A stretch of DNA of 54,070 bases from Pyrodictiaceae archaeon (GTDB lineage: Archaea; Thermoproteota; Thermoprotei_A; Sulfolobales; Pyrodictiaceae): assembly GCA_027028845.1 (NCBI GenBank), contig JALVHV010000144.1, positions 1 to 54,070 on the forward strand, written 5' to 3'. The notes under the pieces are model-generated. The model was not told the DNA's origin. It saw nothing but the letters and a program-made list of their open reading frames with translations, and searched no databases. Positions 1-9,103 of the stretch are shown piece by piece; position 1 is the first letter of the stretch; each line of letters begins with the position of its first letter. A program made the translations under genes and the position numbers.

Positions 1-952
1 GGTAACGCCCGATAGCGGTCTCCCCCGTAAGCATTATTGCATCAACACCCTGGCTTACCGCGACATAGACATCAGTTACCTCTGCCCTTGTAGGGGTAGG
101 GGAATTAACCATGCTCTCCAGGACCTGGGTGGCAACAACAACGGGCCTTCCACGCCTCCTTGCTTCATCTATTATTCTCTCTTGTAGCAGCGGGACCTCC
201 TCTAGGCCATAGTTCATGCCCAAGTCGCCTCGTGCGACAACAACTAGGTCGGCTTCCTCAACTATTTGTTCAAGGTTCTCGACGGCGCTCCGGGTCTCGA
301 TTTTAGCAGCTATTGCTTGCTCACCGCCCTTATCGCGCACAATTTTCCGGAGTACACGGAGATCCTCGGCATCGCGCACATAGCTTAGCGATATGTAGTC
401 GAAGTCATTGCGTACCGCGAAGTCTATTGCTTCGAGATCCTTCTCAGTTATAGCTGGCAAGCCGAACTCCTTGCCCTGGACAACTATCGCTTTACGAGAA
501 GTTATCCGCGCAGGAGTAAGTGCCTCAACAATTACCTGGTCGCCGGCAACCTCTATGACACGGAGACGGACACGTCCATCATCCATAACAATGATGTCCC
601 CTTCCTCTATCTCTGCAAAGAACCTCCTAAGAGGAAGAGGAATAACAGCTTCCTTACCGCCCTTCGCGTGCTCAGCTAGGACAATACTAGCCTTGTCACC
701 CGGGTTCAACGTAACCGGTTCTTCTAGGACGCCTAGACGGATACTTGGGCCAACAAGGTCGCCCATAATAGCTACGGGTCGACCTATTCTCTCCTCAGCT
801 CTTCTAACAGCCCTGACAAGCTCTTCCCAGAAACCAGGATCACCGTGGGCAAAGTTTATCCGGAAACCAGTCACACCCAACAGGATTAGTCTCTCAATAA
901 TGCTCTCCTCGCGCGTCGAGGGACCAAGGGAGGCAATAATCTTCACGTGCAT
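1..952 (-). CDS. pyk: Pyruvate kinase (3' end runs off the window)
   Basis: Minus frame read by hand from ATG at 952: MHVKIIASLGPS, FRINFAHG, DLVGPSIR, IAAKIET, VVARGDLG, VATQVLESM, PTRAEVTDV. Not in the ORF track because the stop lies outside the window. Confidence 0.95.
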   Translation of the reverse strand, partial: MHVKIIASLGPSTREESIIERLILLGVTGFRINFAHGDPGFWEELVRAVRRAEERIGRPVAIMGDLVGPSIRLGVLEEPVTLNPGDKASIVLAEHAKGGKEAVIPLPLRRFFAEIEEGDIIVMDDGRVRLRVIEVAGDQVIVEALTPARITSRKAIVVQGKEFGLPAITEKDLEAIDFAVRNDFDYISLSYVRDAEDLRVLRKIVRDKGGEQAIAAKIETRSAVENLEQIVEEADLVVVARGDLGMNYGLEEVPLLQERIIDEARRRGRPVVVATQVLESMVNSPTPTRAEVTDVYVAVSQGVDAIMLTGETAIGRY

Positions 953-1155
953 CGCATAGTCTCCTCGCCTTACCTTGAAGAGGCCTGGCTCATAATATCC
1001 GAATCGGTGATAAGAGGTGCTTCTATTTCCTCCACGCCTACACTATGTAAACGCGGGTTAAACAAATTGGGTTAGTAAATCCCTTTAAAGCAACCACAAA
1101 ACAAAAACTATTTCTACTCACAAATAACTATAGACACTAACACGGTGAACAACCC

Positions 1156-1530
1156 ATGGCTAAGAAATTCGGAGAACTCATATACACAAAGGAGGCTGGA
1201 GGACCAGTAGCAACCAAGGCTGAAAGCCACACACCGAAGCTAGAAGCTCCAGACAAGGTAAAGAAAGGCGAGCCCTTCGAGGTAAAAGTCAAAGTAGGTC
1301 CGCACCCCAACGAGCCCCAGCACTCCATTAGGAGAATAGAGCTATGGTTCTACGAGGAAGGCAGAGTATTCAATCCAATAAGAATAGCTAGCATTGAGCT
1401 CGAACCAGTCTACTCGGAGCCAGAAATAACGATAAAGGTCAAGCTAGAGAAAAGCGGCACAATATACGCACTAGCCTACTGCAACCTCCACGGAGTATGG
1501 GAAGAAAGAAAAGACATAACAGTAGAGTAA
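1156..1530 (+). CDS. Superoxide reductase-like (neelaredoxin / class II SORL) non-haem iron protein
   Basis: Iron ligand pattern HTP...HPNEPQH...YCNLHG; GGTGA RBS; TTTAAA promoter-like element near 1084. Confidence 0.9.
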   Translation: MAKKFGELIYTKEAGGPVATKAESHTPKLEAPDKVKKGEPFEVKVKVGPHPNEPQHSIRRIELWFYEEGRVFNPIRIASIELEPVYSEPEITIKVKLEKSGTIYALAYCNLHGVWEERKDITVE

Positions 1531-1866
1531 GAGACATAATAATCGCTAATACCAAGGTTTAGCTTAATCTTTTAATTCTTTTAATCAATATAAAAGATTT
1601 TAATAAATAACTTCTTCGCTTATCTATTCTTGTATTTAACAAGGACTCGTTAATTGCCCTGAGAGTTGTACTCGAGTATGTTAATACCTGGAGGTCAGCA
1701 CTCAAGACCCTCTTCATCGCGTAGACTAGTTTGCTCTGGAGGCGCGGGGTCATCACGTAAATAGTTATGACGGGCTTTACCTATGTTATATTCTGGCTCG
1801 GCGTTGGGGTTTAATTATCTCTGCTAGCGATGCTGCTGCATAGAGGAAGAGGCGAGGAGACACAAT

Positions 1867-2214
1867 ATGGTGCTAGCCGAGACAGTGCGGAGGCTTCTAA
1901 GGGAGCGCGGTATGTGCTCGAAGATAGGCGTTGTTGAGGAGAAGCCTGGGTGCACGCTACTGTACTGCGACGGGGGTGATGGCGTCCTTATAGCCGTATT
2001 TGAGCATGATGGCTGGGTCTATGGGAAGATGGTTGCTGAGGGTAGTGTTAAGCCATATATGTGGCATTGCGACGAGCTGCTCTACACCCCTTACGGTGTC
2101 TACGTGTTTGCTAGGAGTGTCGACGAGCTTGTTTCCAAGCTAGTTAGTAAGAAGAGGCTTGTGCTTGGCCAGCTACGCCTAGCTCTCGAGCGTCTCGCGG
2201 ATATGGAAGAGTAA
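1867..2214 (+). CDS. Hypothetical protein
   Basis: 115 aa ORF with GAGGAG RBS and normal composition; no recognised motif. Confidence 0.7.
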   Translation: MVLAETVRRLLRERGMCSKIGVVEEKPGCTLLYCDGGDGVLIAVFEHDGWVYGKMVAEGSVKPYMWHCDELLYTPYGVYVFARSVDELVSKLVSKKRLVLGQLRLALERLADMEE

Positions 2215-2264
2215 CCCGTTTTGCCCCTTACCGGGCTTCCCTGGGATAGGGGAATGGTTTCGGG

Positions 2265-2957
2265 ATGAGTGATACACGTAACGATTACCGAGTACTCGTA
2301 GCTGAGCATGCCCTAGGCTTGTTAGAGAATGTTGTCCGGACACGTAGCGTACCCGGGGTTGTTGAGTGGAGAAGTCTAGAGTCCTTATTAGAGGAGGCTA
2401 GGAAGCAGTTCATGAGTATAAAGTATAGCTTTCTCCCTCCACGCATGCTTGCTGAGCACGAATCCGTTAAGCGGCTCCAGGAGCTTAGCAAGGAGATAGC
2501 GAAGCGCCTACTACCCTGGGATAAGATCAAGACTATGAGTCTTGATAGGAAGGCGCGAATGAGCATCGCTAGGGCTAAGTACGCTATAAGGATACTATAC
2601 GGGTTGCCATACCGACTTATTCTCGGCGACGAGAATGACCCCCTCTATGCTATTGATATCGAATGCGTGAGGATTCTTAGTGTGGCCAAGCATCGTGGAG
2701 CAGAGAAACTATACGTAACGAGGGCCCAGGGCGTATTAACATACACTATCATAACGAATATAGAGACGATAAAGAAGGGCGAGATAAGAGCAGCAGCAAT
2801 ACTACCACCAATCGAGTTACGCGGGGAGATTAGCGAGGCAATGTATTGCAGCAAACCCATAAACGATGAAAAGTGTCTCGGAAAAAGGCCTCCTAGAGAT
2901 GTTATTGAGAGAGGTGAGGTTGAGAAAATAATATTCGAGATTACTAGGGCTAAGTAG
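2265..2957 (+). CDS. RNA-binding protein with C-terminal tRNA-binding OB (EMAP/Trbp111-like) domain
   Basis: C-terminal ILSVAKHRGAEKLYV...IITN...LPPIELRGEISEAM matches the tRNA-bind domain pattern; helical N-terminus. Confidence 0.8.
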   Translation: MSDTRNDYRVLVAEHALGLLENVVRTRSVPGVVEWRSLESLLEEARKQFMSIKYSFLPPRMLAEHESVKRLQELSKEIAKRLLPWDKIKTMSLDRKARMSIARAKYAIRILYGLPYRLILGDENDPLYAIDIECVRILSVAKHRGAEKLYVTRAQGVLTYTIITNIETIKKGEIRAAAILPPIELRGEISEAMYCSKPINDEKCLGKRPPRDVIERGEVEKIIFEITRAK

Positions 2958-3741
2958 CGATATGGCTATCACTTATATGGATATGTTTCTCGACCCACAT
3001 TACTGCCTCGCCGTAAACACGCTCAAGTAGCTCCATGTTGAGAACTTCTTCTGGGCGCCCAACCGCCGCTATGCTACGGTTAATCAAGACTATAGTGGAT
3101 GTATAGGGTAGGAGGAGCATTGGATCATGGCTGGTCACTATTACGAGCTTCTCTTTGCTAAGAGAGCCTATGAACTTTGCCAGTGCTGCCCTACCTCTCG
3201 GATCAACTGCTGAGAAGGGCTCATCCATCAACAATACCTCAGGGTCGTGGATAAGCGCTTTTGCTATGAATGCTCTCTGTCTCTGTCCACCACTAAGCTC
3301 TCTTAGCGGCTTATTCCAGGCCTCCGGTGATAAGCCTACAGCCCTTAGCAGGTCTTCGATCTCTGTACGGGTTTTTCTTAGCCCACGCAGACGTAGCTCA
3401 TAGTTTACAAGCTCAATGGGGGTAACAGGGTAATGAGTACTCTGCGCAATAACCTGGGGAACGTAGCCTGTACACTTACCAGCCTCCCTGGGGTTAGCGG
3501 TAACGTCTCTACCACAGATAATTACCCTGCCCTTACTCGGCTTTATGAGTCCAAGCATAGTTCTCAGTAACGTTGTTTTACCGGCTCCGTTTGGCCCAAG
3601 TATTTGTACAAGGGCTGGGCCCTCTAGCCGTAGCTTATCAACTCTAACAGCTACTATGTCTCTGTATCTTACCTCGAGATCCCTTACCTCCACTACCAGG
3701 CCATGAACGTTGGCCCGCGGTTTCAGCAAGTACTCTTGCAT
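2950..3741 (-). CDS. Metal (Zn/Mn-type) ABC transporter ATP-binding subunit
   Basis: Walker A GPNGAGKT, GYVPQ, LSGGQRQR, LLMDEP, SHD switch. Confidence 0.92.
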   Translation of the reverse strand: MQEYLLKPRANVHGLVVEVRDLEVRYRDIVAVRVDKLRLEGPALVQILGPNGAGKTTLLRTMLGLIKPSKGRVIICGRDVTANPREAGKCTGYVPQVIAQSTHYPVTPIELVNYELRLRGLRKTRTEIEDLLRAVGLSPEAWNKPLRELSGGQRQRAFIAKALIHDPEVLLMDEPFSAVDPRGRAALAKFIGSLSKEKLVIVTSHDPMLLLPYTSTIVLINRSIAAVGRPEEVLNMELLERVYGEAVMWVEKHIHISDSHIAT

Positions 3742-3756
3742 ATCTTACAGCCCCTA

Positions 3757-3800
3757 CTGTGCACAACTAATATTAACTCCTATAAATATCTGTGCACAAC
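3757..3800. promoter_or_regulatory. Candidate operator in divergent promoter: two CTGTGCACAAC copies flanking TATA-like boxes
   Basis: Identical 11-mers at 3757-3767 and 3790-3800, each containing the palindrome TGTGCACA; TAATATTA and TATAAATA lie between them. Confidence 0.6.
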
Positions 3801-3841
3801 ACATCCGGGGCTCTAAGGACCCTAGCAAAGGGCGACCAACC

Positions 3842-4759
3842 ATGGACCGCGAACTGATAGCATCACTAGCAATAATTATCGCAGGAGTATTGATAGCCGG
3901 ATACGTTACAGCTACATCACTTAATCAATACAGTACACAGAGCAAGGGTAAGGGCCTCTTATTAGTAGTGACCTTTCCTTCATTAACCAGTGATGTTAAA
4001 CAACTGCTTTGCCCACAGGATAGGGTTATTAGTCTTGTACCGCCCGGCGTTGATCCACATACCTATACTCTCAGCCTAGAGGACATAGAGGAGGCAAAAA
4101 GAGCAGACCTAGTGATATCTACGGGGCATGCACCCTTCGAGATAAAGCTAAGAGGCTACATCAACACTAAAAGGCTAGTAGAGATACCGAGAATACCCGG
4201 CATGAGGATAGAGAACATTATCGGTACTTCTTCTCCCAACCTTCATATGCCCATATATGATCCACATAACTACATAGTATTTGTAAACTATGTTGCGAAG
4301 AGATTAGCAGAGCTACGCCCAGCGTGTAGCTCGCACTACTTGGCGATGGCGAGAAAAGTCTCCAACAAAGTGGTTGAAATAACAGAGTCCAGTCCTAGGC
4401 TCAACGTACAAGGCGTTGGCTCAACACCTCTAGTACAGTACGCTGTTAGCTGGCTAGGCATAAGGCTCAAGGCATTAATGATGACGAGTCCCGAGGCGGG
4501 GATAACTGGCCAGCAATTCGAGAAAGTAAAGGGGCTCCTGGCTAGTCATAGAGCAGAGATAGCGGTAATAGTTAGTTCTAGTCCGGGTAAATGTACTCCT
4601 ATGGGCAAGGCCGATGAAAAGACCCTGGCTCTGGCCAAGCAGTATAAGGTACCGGTTCTTTGCGTTCCATCCCCCTTAGTACAAGAGCCTATACCAGATA
4701 AGCTGGAGGCTATCATAGTACAGGTCAAGGCTCTTTACTCGATACTCTCAACGAGGTGA
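3842..4759 (+). CDS. Metal ABC transporter substrate-binding protein (ZnuA/TroA family)
   Basis: N-terminal TM anchor after Met at 3842; VPPGVDPHTY, ADLVI, NLH motifs. Confidence 0.88.
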   Translation: MDRELIASLAIIIAGVLIAGYVTATSLNQYSTQSKGKGLLLVVTFPSLTSDVKQLLCPQDRVISLVPPGVDPHTYTLSLEDIEEAKRADLVISTGHAPFEIKLRGYINTKRLVEIPRIPGMRIENIIGTSSPNLHMPIYDPHNYIVFVNYVAKRLAELRPACSSHYLAMARKVSNKVVEITESSPRLNVQGVGSTPLVQYAVSWLGIRLKALMMTSPEAGITGQQFEKVKGLLASHRAEIAVIVSSSPGKCTPMGKADEKTLALAKQYKVPVLCVPSPLVQEPIPDKLEAIIVQVKALYSILSTR

Positions 4760-4766
4760 GACATCT

Positions 4767-5642
4767 TTGAGAAAGCTCGCTATCTCTCTGATAATATTCG
4801 ATTTGCTCATAGTTTACTCCTTTGCTATCCGGGTTGAGCTAGCTGCAGCTCTTGCACTACTTATTGCTAGCATTCTCTTCGGCCTAGTTGGCTCGATCAT
4901 AGCGGCTAGGCGCTTGTACTTCCTAGCAGGTGCAAGTCCTCACTCAGCCCTCTTCGCGGCTCTTAGCGCAGTGATAGCCGCGTATTGGCTCGGTATAGGC
5001 TTGTCATCGATGTATGCTCTCTACACATTATCTATTCTCATAGGCGTGATCGTCATCTATCTTGCTGGTTATCTAATATTTAAGGGGATAGATCCGGATC
5101 TGGCTACCTCAATCCTCGTTGCGTTTGCTAGTTCCTTTAGCGTGCTCGCAGCATACTATATCAAGACTAGCCTACCAGTACCTTTTGACGTAATGTCTGT
5201 TGTATTTGGTGACCCTCTCCTAGTAACGACTCGTGAACTCATTATTGCTGCCACAGTTGCCACTATCACTATTATTGGTATAGTGCTAACGTTTGATGCA
5301 CAGGTATACCTCGGTGTTGACCGTGACTCAGTGCTCCTTACTGGTGCGCCTATTTGGCTCTACGACCTGGTATTCTTTACTCTTCTCGGAGCCGTTGTTG
5401 TCTCCCTCATAAGGGTTGTTGGTTTCGTTCTAGAGCATATATTGATTCTCTTACCTGGTGCTCTGGGAGCTAGTTATGGTAAGAGTTCTAGAGAAGCCTT
5501 AATTGTATCGCTAGTTGCCTCCCTAACGGCTGGCTCCCTGGGCATGCTTATTAGTATGGCTGCCCCTGTGTCGCCTTCTGGTGCTGTTGGTGTATCTATG
5601 CTCCTTATTTACGCTGTGGCTAGTCTCTATAGGAAGCAGTAG
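4767..5642 (+). CDS. Metal ABC transporter permease (ABC-3/ZnuB family)
   Basis: Polytopic membrane protein with PHSAL, FGDPL, IRVVG motifs; operonic with the binding protein. Confidence 0.88.
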   Translation: MRKLAISLIIFDLLIVYSFAIRVELAAALALLIASILFGLVGSIIAARRLYFLAGASPHSALFAALSAVIAAYWLGIGLSSMYALYTLSILIGVIVIYLAGYLIFKGIDPDLATSILVAFASSFSVLAAYYIKTSLPVPFDVMSVVFGDPLLVTTRELIIAATVATITIIGIVLTFDAQVYLGVDRDSVLLTGAPIWLYDLVFFTLLGAVVVSLIRVVGFVLEHILILLPGALGASYGKSSREALIVSLVASLTAGSLGMLISMAAPVSPSGAVGVSMLLIYAVASLYRKQ

Positions 5643-5659
5643 CGCGGGGACGAGGAGTA

Positions 5660-6049
5660 ATGAGTAGGAGGAGGTTTGGTATCTCCGTCTCATCTAGCAT
5701 TGCTGAGTGGCTTGATAAGCTTGCTAAGAAGCTGGGTGTTGATAGGTCTAGGCTTGTTGAGAGAGCACTGGAGTCCTTTCTCCACGAGTATGCTCATTAC
5801 TTGTACGAGCACGAGTGTAAGGGAGTAATGATAGCCGTAAAGCGGAATGGAAGCGGGGACACGGCTAAGATAATAGAGAAGTACCGGGACATAGTGCTCA
5901 GCAATATGCATCACCACATAGGGGATCTCTGCGTGGATATTCTAGTAGTCAAGGGCTCTTCTAGGAAGATAGCTGAACTCCACTCAGCTTTAACAAGTAT
6001 CAAGGATTGTATAGTTAGGTATGTGCCCATAATGGAGCAAACAGGGTGA
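5660..6049 (+). CDS. NikR/CopG-family ribbon-helix-helix metal-responsive regulator
   Basis: RRFGIS...DRSRLV RHH N-terminus; C-terminal ACT-like domain with HxH...C (MHHHIGDLC). Confidence 0.85.
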   Translation: MSRRRFGISVSSSIAEWLDKLAKKLGVDRSRLVERALESFLHEYAHYLYEHECKGVMIAVKRNGSGDTAKIIEKYRDIVLSNMHHHIGDLCVDILVVKGSSRKIAELHSALTSIKDCIVRYVPIMEQTG

Positions 6050-6915
6050 AGGCATTGAGTACTATGTGGGCTCCCGGCCTCAAGCCCCGCTGGATCCGTG
6101 AAAAACGGTTAGCAGTATCCCCAATGCCTAAGCTAGGCGAGGAAGAGAAGATAGCCAATATGTTTAACACGGTGGTTTCTCTCTCGCCGCCCAGCGAGCA
6201 CGTGCTTAGTGCTGGCTATGATCCTAGGGCATTGCCCAGGCTTAAACCAGGGATAAAGATTATTTGGCGCCCAATAGGCGAGTATAACGCGCCAACACTA
6301 ATAGATATCGTAAAGATGCTTAAGGAGTTCAAGGAACCCGTATTGGTTCATTGTTTTCGTGGCTGTGGTCGGAGCTCAGTAATAGCGGCTGCTTGGCTCA
6401 TGCTGGCGGAGGGGATGTCGCTGCCAGAAACGCTTGCCGAGATAAGTACGCGAACAGGGTGCGGCCCAGAGACTGCTCCTCAGCTAAGCGTCTTAGAGGC
6501 ATTTGATCTCGCGAGACGAGCTGGCCTCCTAGAGAGGCTTTCCAGGGAGTTTGATGTTGATGACCCTGTGCCTGAGTACTTATTGCTGCTAGCTAGAAAC
6601 CTTTCAGCGATGATAAGAAGTGATCCTGTCAAGGAGGCTAGGAAGGCTTTTTCCCGTGAAAACGAGCTCTGGCTCGTAGCAGAGAAGCTCGCTAATAGCT
6701 TAGACTACAAGGTCTCAAGGATAACGCTGCGCGCGGAGGCATTAGTGATCCAGGTTTGGATACCGCGTAGGTCTCACCCATCCAATGTTAGGAAGAGCGG
6801 CGGGTGGTACGATGAACTCTCTGAGGAGCTGCAATCAATGCTTAGGAAGATTGTTGGAAAAGAAGTGAAAGTGGGTATTGAGTTGAGAGACCCAGAGGAT
6901 GTTCCATGGCTATAG
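6046..6915 (+). CDS. Dual-specificity / protein-tyrosine phosphatase family protein with C-terminal extension
   Basis: Catalytic loop VLVHCFRGCGRS (HCx5R); start overlaps the regulator stop (GTGA). Confidence 0.85.
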   Translation: MKALSTMWAPGLKPRWIREKRLAVSPMPKLGEEEKIANMFNTVVSLSPPSEHVLSAGYDPRALPRLKPGIKIIWRPIGEYNAPTLIDIVKMLKEFKEPVLVHCFRGCGRSSVIAAAWLMLAEGMSLPETLAEISTRTGCGPETAPQLSVLEAFDLARRAGLLERLSREFDVDDPVPEYLLLLARNLSAMIRSDPVKEARKAFSRENELWLVAEKLANSLDYKVSRITLRAEALVIQVWIPRRSHPSNVRKSGGWYDELSEELQSMLRKIVGKEVKVGIELRDPEDVPWL

Positions 6916-8970
6916 GGGCCTTGATCGACCCACTATATAGCCTATTGCAACACCTATGATAACGGCTATAAGTAGGCTTGATATATAGCTAGTCAATGGC
7001 TGCGTCTTTGTAAGGGTCTTTGTCTTCGTCATTGTTATCGTGGTGGGTATGCTCTTCGTGATCGTTTTTACAAGGGTCTTTGTCTGCGTAGTTGTGCTGG
7101 TCTTGGTTCTTGTAACTGTCTTTGTCACCGTCTCGGTGGTTGAGGGAGTGGTTTTTGTTGCTATGACTTGTCCCTGGTGACGGTGCTGTGTGAGTGCGCC
7201 GAGTAGTATTGCGTAGCTAGCAGCTTGCATGTAGAGTGATAGTTGTGTCTCGATGTCTTGCTGTATTGATGCATACTCTGCGTAGAGTGCCGGGAGTATT
7301 GGTGTCGCGTTATTTGCCTCGTCGAGCCCAGTTAGAATTGTTAATGCCTTCCTGCTAGCTCTCAAGGTCTTCTCAGTATTTGTGTTGAATACCTTGTGTA
7401 TCGTAGTTGCGGTATTGGAGAGCGATGTTATGCTTATTGCAAGGACACGGAGTGCAGCAGTCACGTTGTGTTGTAGCGTTCCTCTTGCTAGTATCTTGCT
7501 TGCTTCTGTTAACTGGCTAGGCGGGGAGACTACTAGTCCCGCGCTACTCGCTAAGGCTTGTAAGTATGTCGCAGCAGATGATGCTATATAGTAATAGTTC
7601 TCTGCTAGCCCAGCTATCCTCTTCTTATCGATATTGATGGAGTGCACCGACTTGGCTAGGCTGAGAAGTTCTAGCCACTGCTTAACAGTTATTGCCCTAT
7701 AGTACGCGTATACCGCGCTTTGTACGGCGTTTAGAAGAGCCTCTACTTTGCCGAAACCCGTGGTCTGGTTCGCTACTCTTACATAGTACTTTGCTTCACT
7801 TATAGCTGAGTTAGCAGAATCTATCCTGTTCTCCGTAGCTATAGCGAGTTGTAGCTCAACCACATTCAGGCTCTTACTAAGCACTTTCTTCAGGGAATTC
7901 TTTGCCTCCATAATTATCGAGTTGCTCGCGTTTATGTATCTCTGTGCTTGATTCCTCAAGGAGCCTAGGACATCGTTTGAGCTAAACGAGCTAGCTACAC
8001 TACAAGCAATCGAAGAATCTATGGCAGCTGCAAATGCTCTTGATGCTGCTGAGTAGAATAGTCCCTGTTGTTCAAGTCGCTTCTCTTCCACGAGGTATTC
8101 TTTTGCCTCCTTAATGAGTCTCTGAACAAATCCCTTTATGGCTGGGTCTAGTTGGTCTACGAGCTTCTGTGCGCATGTTAGGTTCGCGTTACCTTGTTTC
8201 TTAAACGTCTTTATTACGCCTAGGAGGTTTTCTTTGAGCAGAGGGAAATCCTTATATATATTTGTCTTCTTGTTCAATAGCTTCTCTATGTGTGTAAGTA
8301 GTTCCTCGTCATGTGTGGCGGCGATATAGGCATCAAGAATAGTATCTGCCTCTATTACTTTCACTCCTAGTGCCTTCCCGAGCGCGGTAACATTCACGTA
8401 GCGCCCAGTGTTTAGGTCAAGGGCTATTGATTGCCCTGCTGGTATAACGAATACCTTGATGCCGTTCCTGGCCATAGCCTCTAGTTTCTCGGGAATGCCT
8501 CCTACAGGACCAAGGGTTATATCTGGGTCAACCATCCCCGTCATGGAGAAGTTACTTGGTATAGTCTTTCCCCTCAGTGCGGCTAGAATAGCTACAGCCA
8601 TTGCTCCACTAGCGCTTGGTCCTCCAACTATTGTCGAGTTTGCCTTCAAGTGTATGAAGTAATCGTATGAGTAGAAATCGGCTCCTGCAAGGATGGATGC
8701 GACTATTGCTGCTATCCTTGCAGCGGCTTGTGTGTCAAGCTGTGTTAACGGCTCTGCCGCGAAATATACTATGCCGTGGCCCGGGTACGCGACCGAGACC
8801 ACGAGCTTTGATGCCACGCCTACATAGCCTTGAGGAGTCTCGGCGACAGCAGGTACTAGCATTGTCACAGTTCTTATCCAGATATATCCTTGCTCGCTAT
8901 GAGCCGTACCAATAATTGGTATCACTAATAGCAAGGATACGATTAGTACAGAAAAGATTCTCGGCTTCAT
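6910..8970 (-). CDS. Secreted, membrane-anchored S16 (Lon-like) serine protease
   Basis: Signal peptide; GGPSASG catalytic Ser and GPVGGIPEK catalytic Lys; Thr-rich linker; C-terminal TM helix. Confidence 0.88.
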   Translation of the reverse strand: MKPRIFSVLIVSLLLVIPIIGTAHSEQGYIWIRTVTMLVPAVAETPQGYVGVASKLVVSVAYPGHGIVYFAAEPLTQLDTQAAARIAAIVASILAGADFYSYDYFIHLKANSTIVGGPSASGAMAVAILAALRGKTIPSNFSMTGMVDPDITLGPVGGIPEKLEAMARNGIKVFVIPAGQSIALDLNTGRYVNVTALGKALGVKVIEADTILDAYIAATHDEELLTHIEKLLNKKTNIYKDFPLLKENLLGVIKTFKKQGNANLTCAQKLVDQLDPAIKGFVQRLIKEAKEYLVEEKRLEQQGLFYSAASRAFAAAIDSSIACSVASSFSSNDVLGSLRNQAQRYINASNSIIMEAKNSLKKVLSKSLNVVELQLAIATENRIDSANSAISEAKYYVRVANQTTGFGKVEALLNAVQSAVYAYYRAITVKQWLELLSLAKSVHSINIDKKRIAGLAENYYYIASSAATYLQALASSAGLVVSPPSQLTEASKILARGTLQHNVTAALRVLAISITSLSNTATTIHKVFNTNTEKTLRASRKALTILTGLDEANNATPILPALYAEYASIQQDIETQLSLYMQAASYAILLGALTQHRHQGQVIATKTTPSTTETVTKTVTRTKTSTTTQTKTLVKTITKSIPTTITMTKTKTLTKTQPLTSYISSLLIAVIIGVAIGYIVGRSRPL

Positions 8971-9037
8971 AGTGGTTCACCCATAGGCTCTAGCCTAGTG
9001 GCTTTTAGTAAAAAACTGTCTTGCACACGGGATAATA

Positions 9038-9103
9038 TCAGCCTCCGCCATAAGTCTTCATCCCATCTAGGGTGACGAGGTCTGCCCTAGCGAACATCAT
9101 CAC
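9038..9103 (-). ncRNA. Candidate box C/D guide sRNA
   Basis: Minus strand: C GTGATGA (overlaps the permease stop), 12-nt guide TGTTCGCTAGGG, D' CAGA, C' ATGAAGA, 13-nt guide CTTATGGCGGAGG, D CTGA. Confidence 0.7.

Noticed and set aside
408-959. 183-aa plus-strand ORF
   Set aside because: Antisense shadow of pyruvate kinase.
1559-1756. 65-aa minus-strand ORF
   Set aside because: Runs through the AT-rich tract; no RBS or motif.
7000-7165. Short direct repeats (AAGGGTCTTTGTCT twice, 60 bp apart)
   Set aside because: Encode the Thr/Lys-rich linker of the S16 protease; not a CRISPR or mobile repeat.
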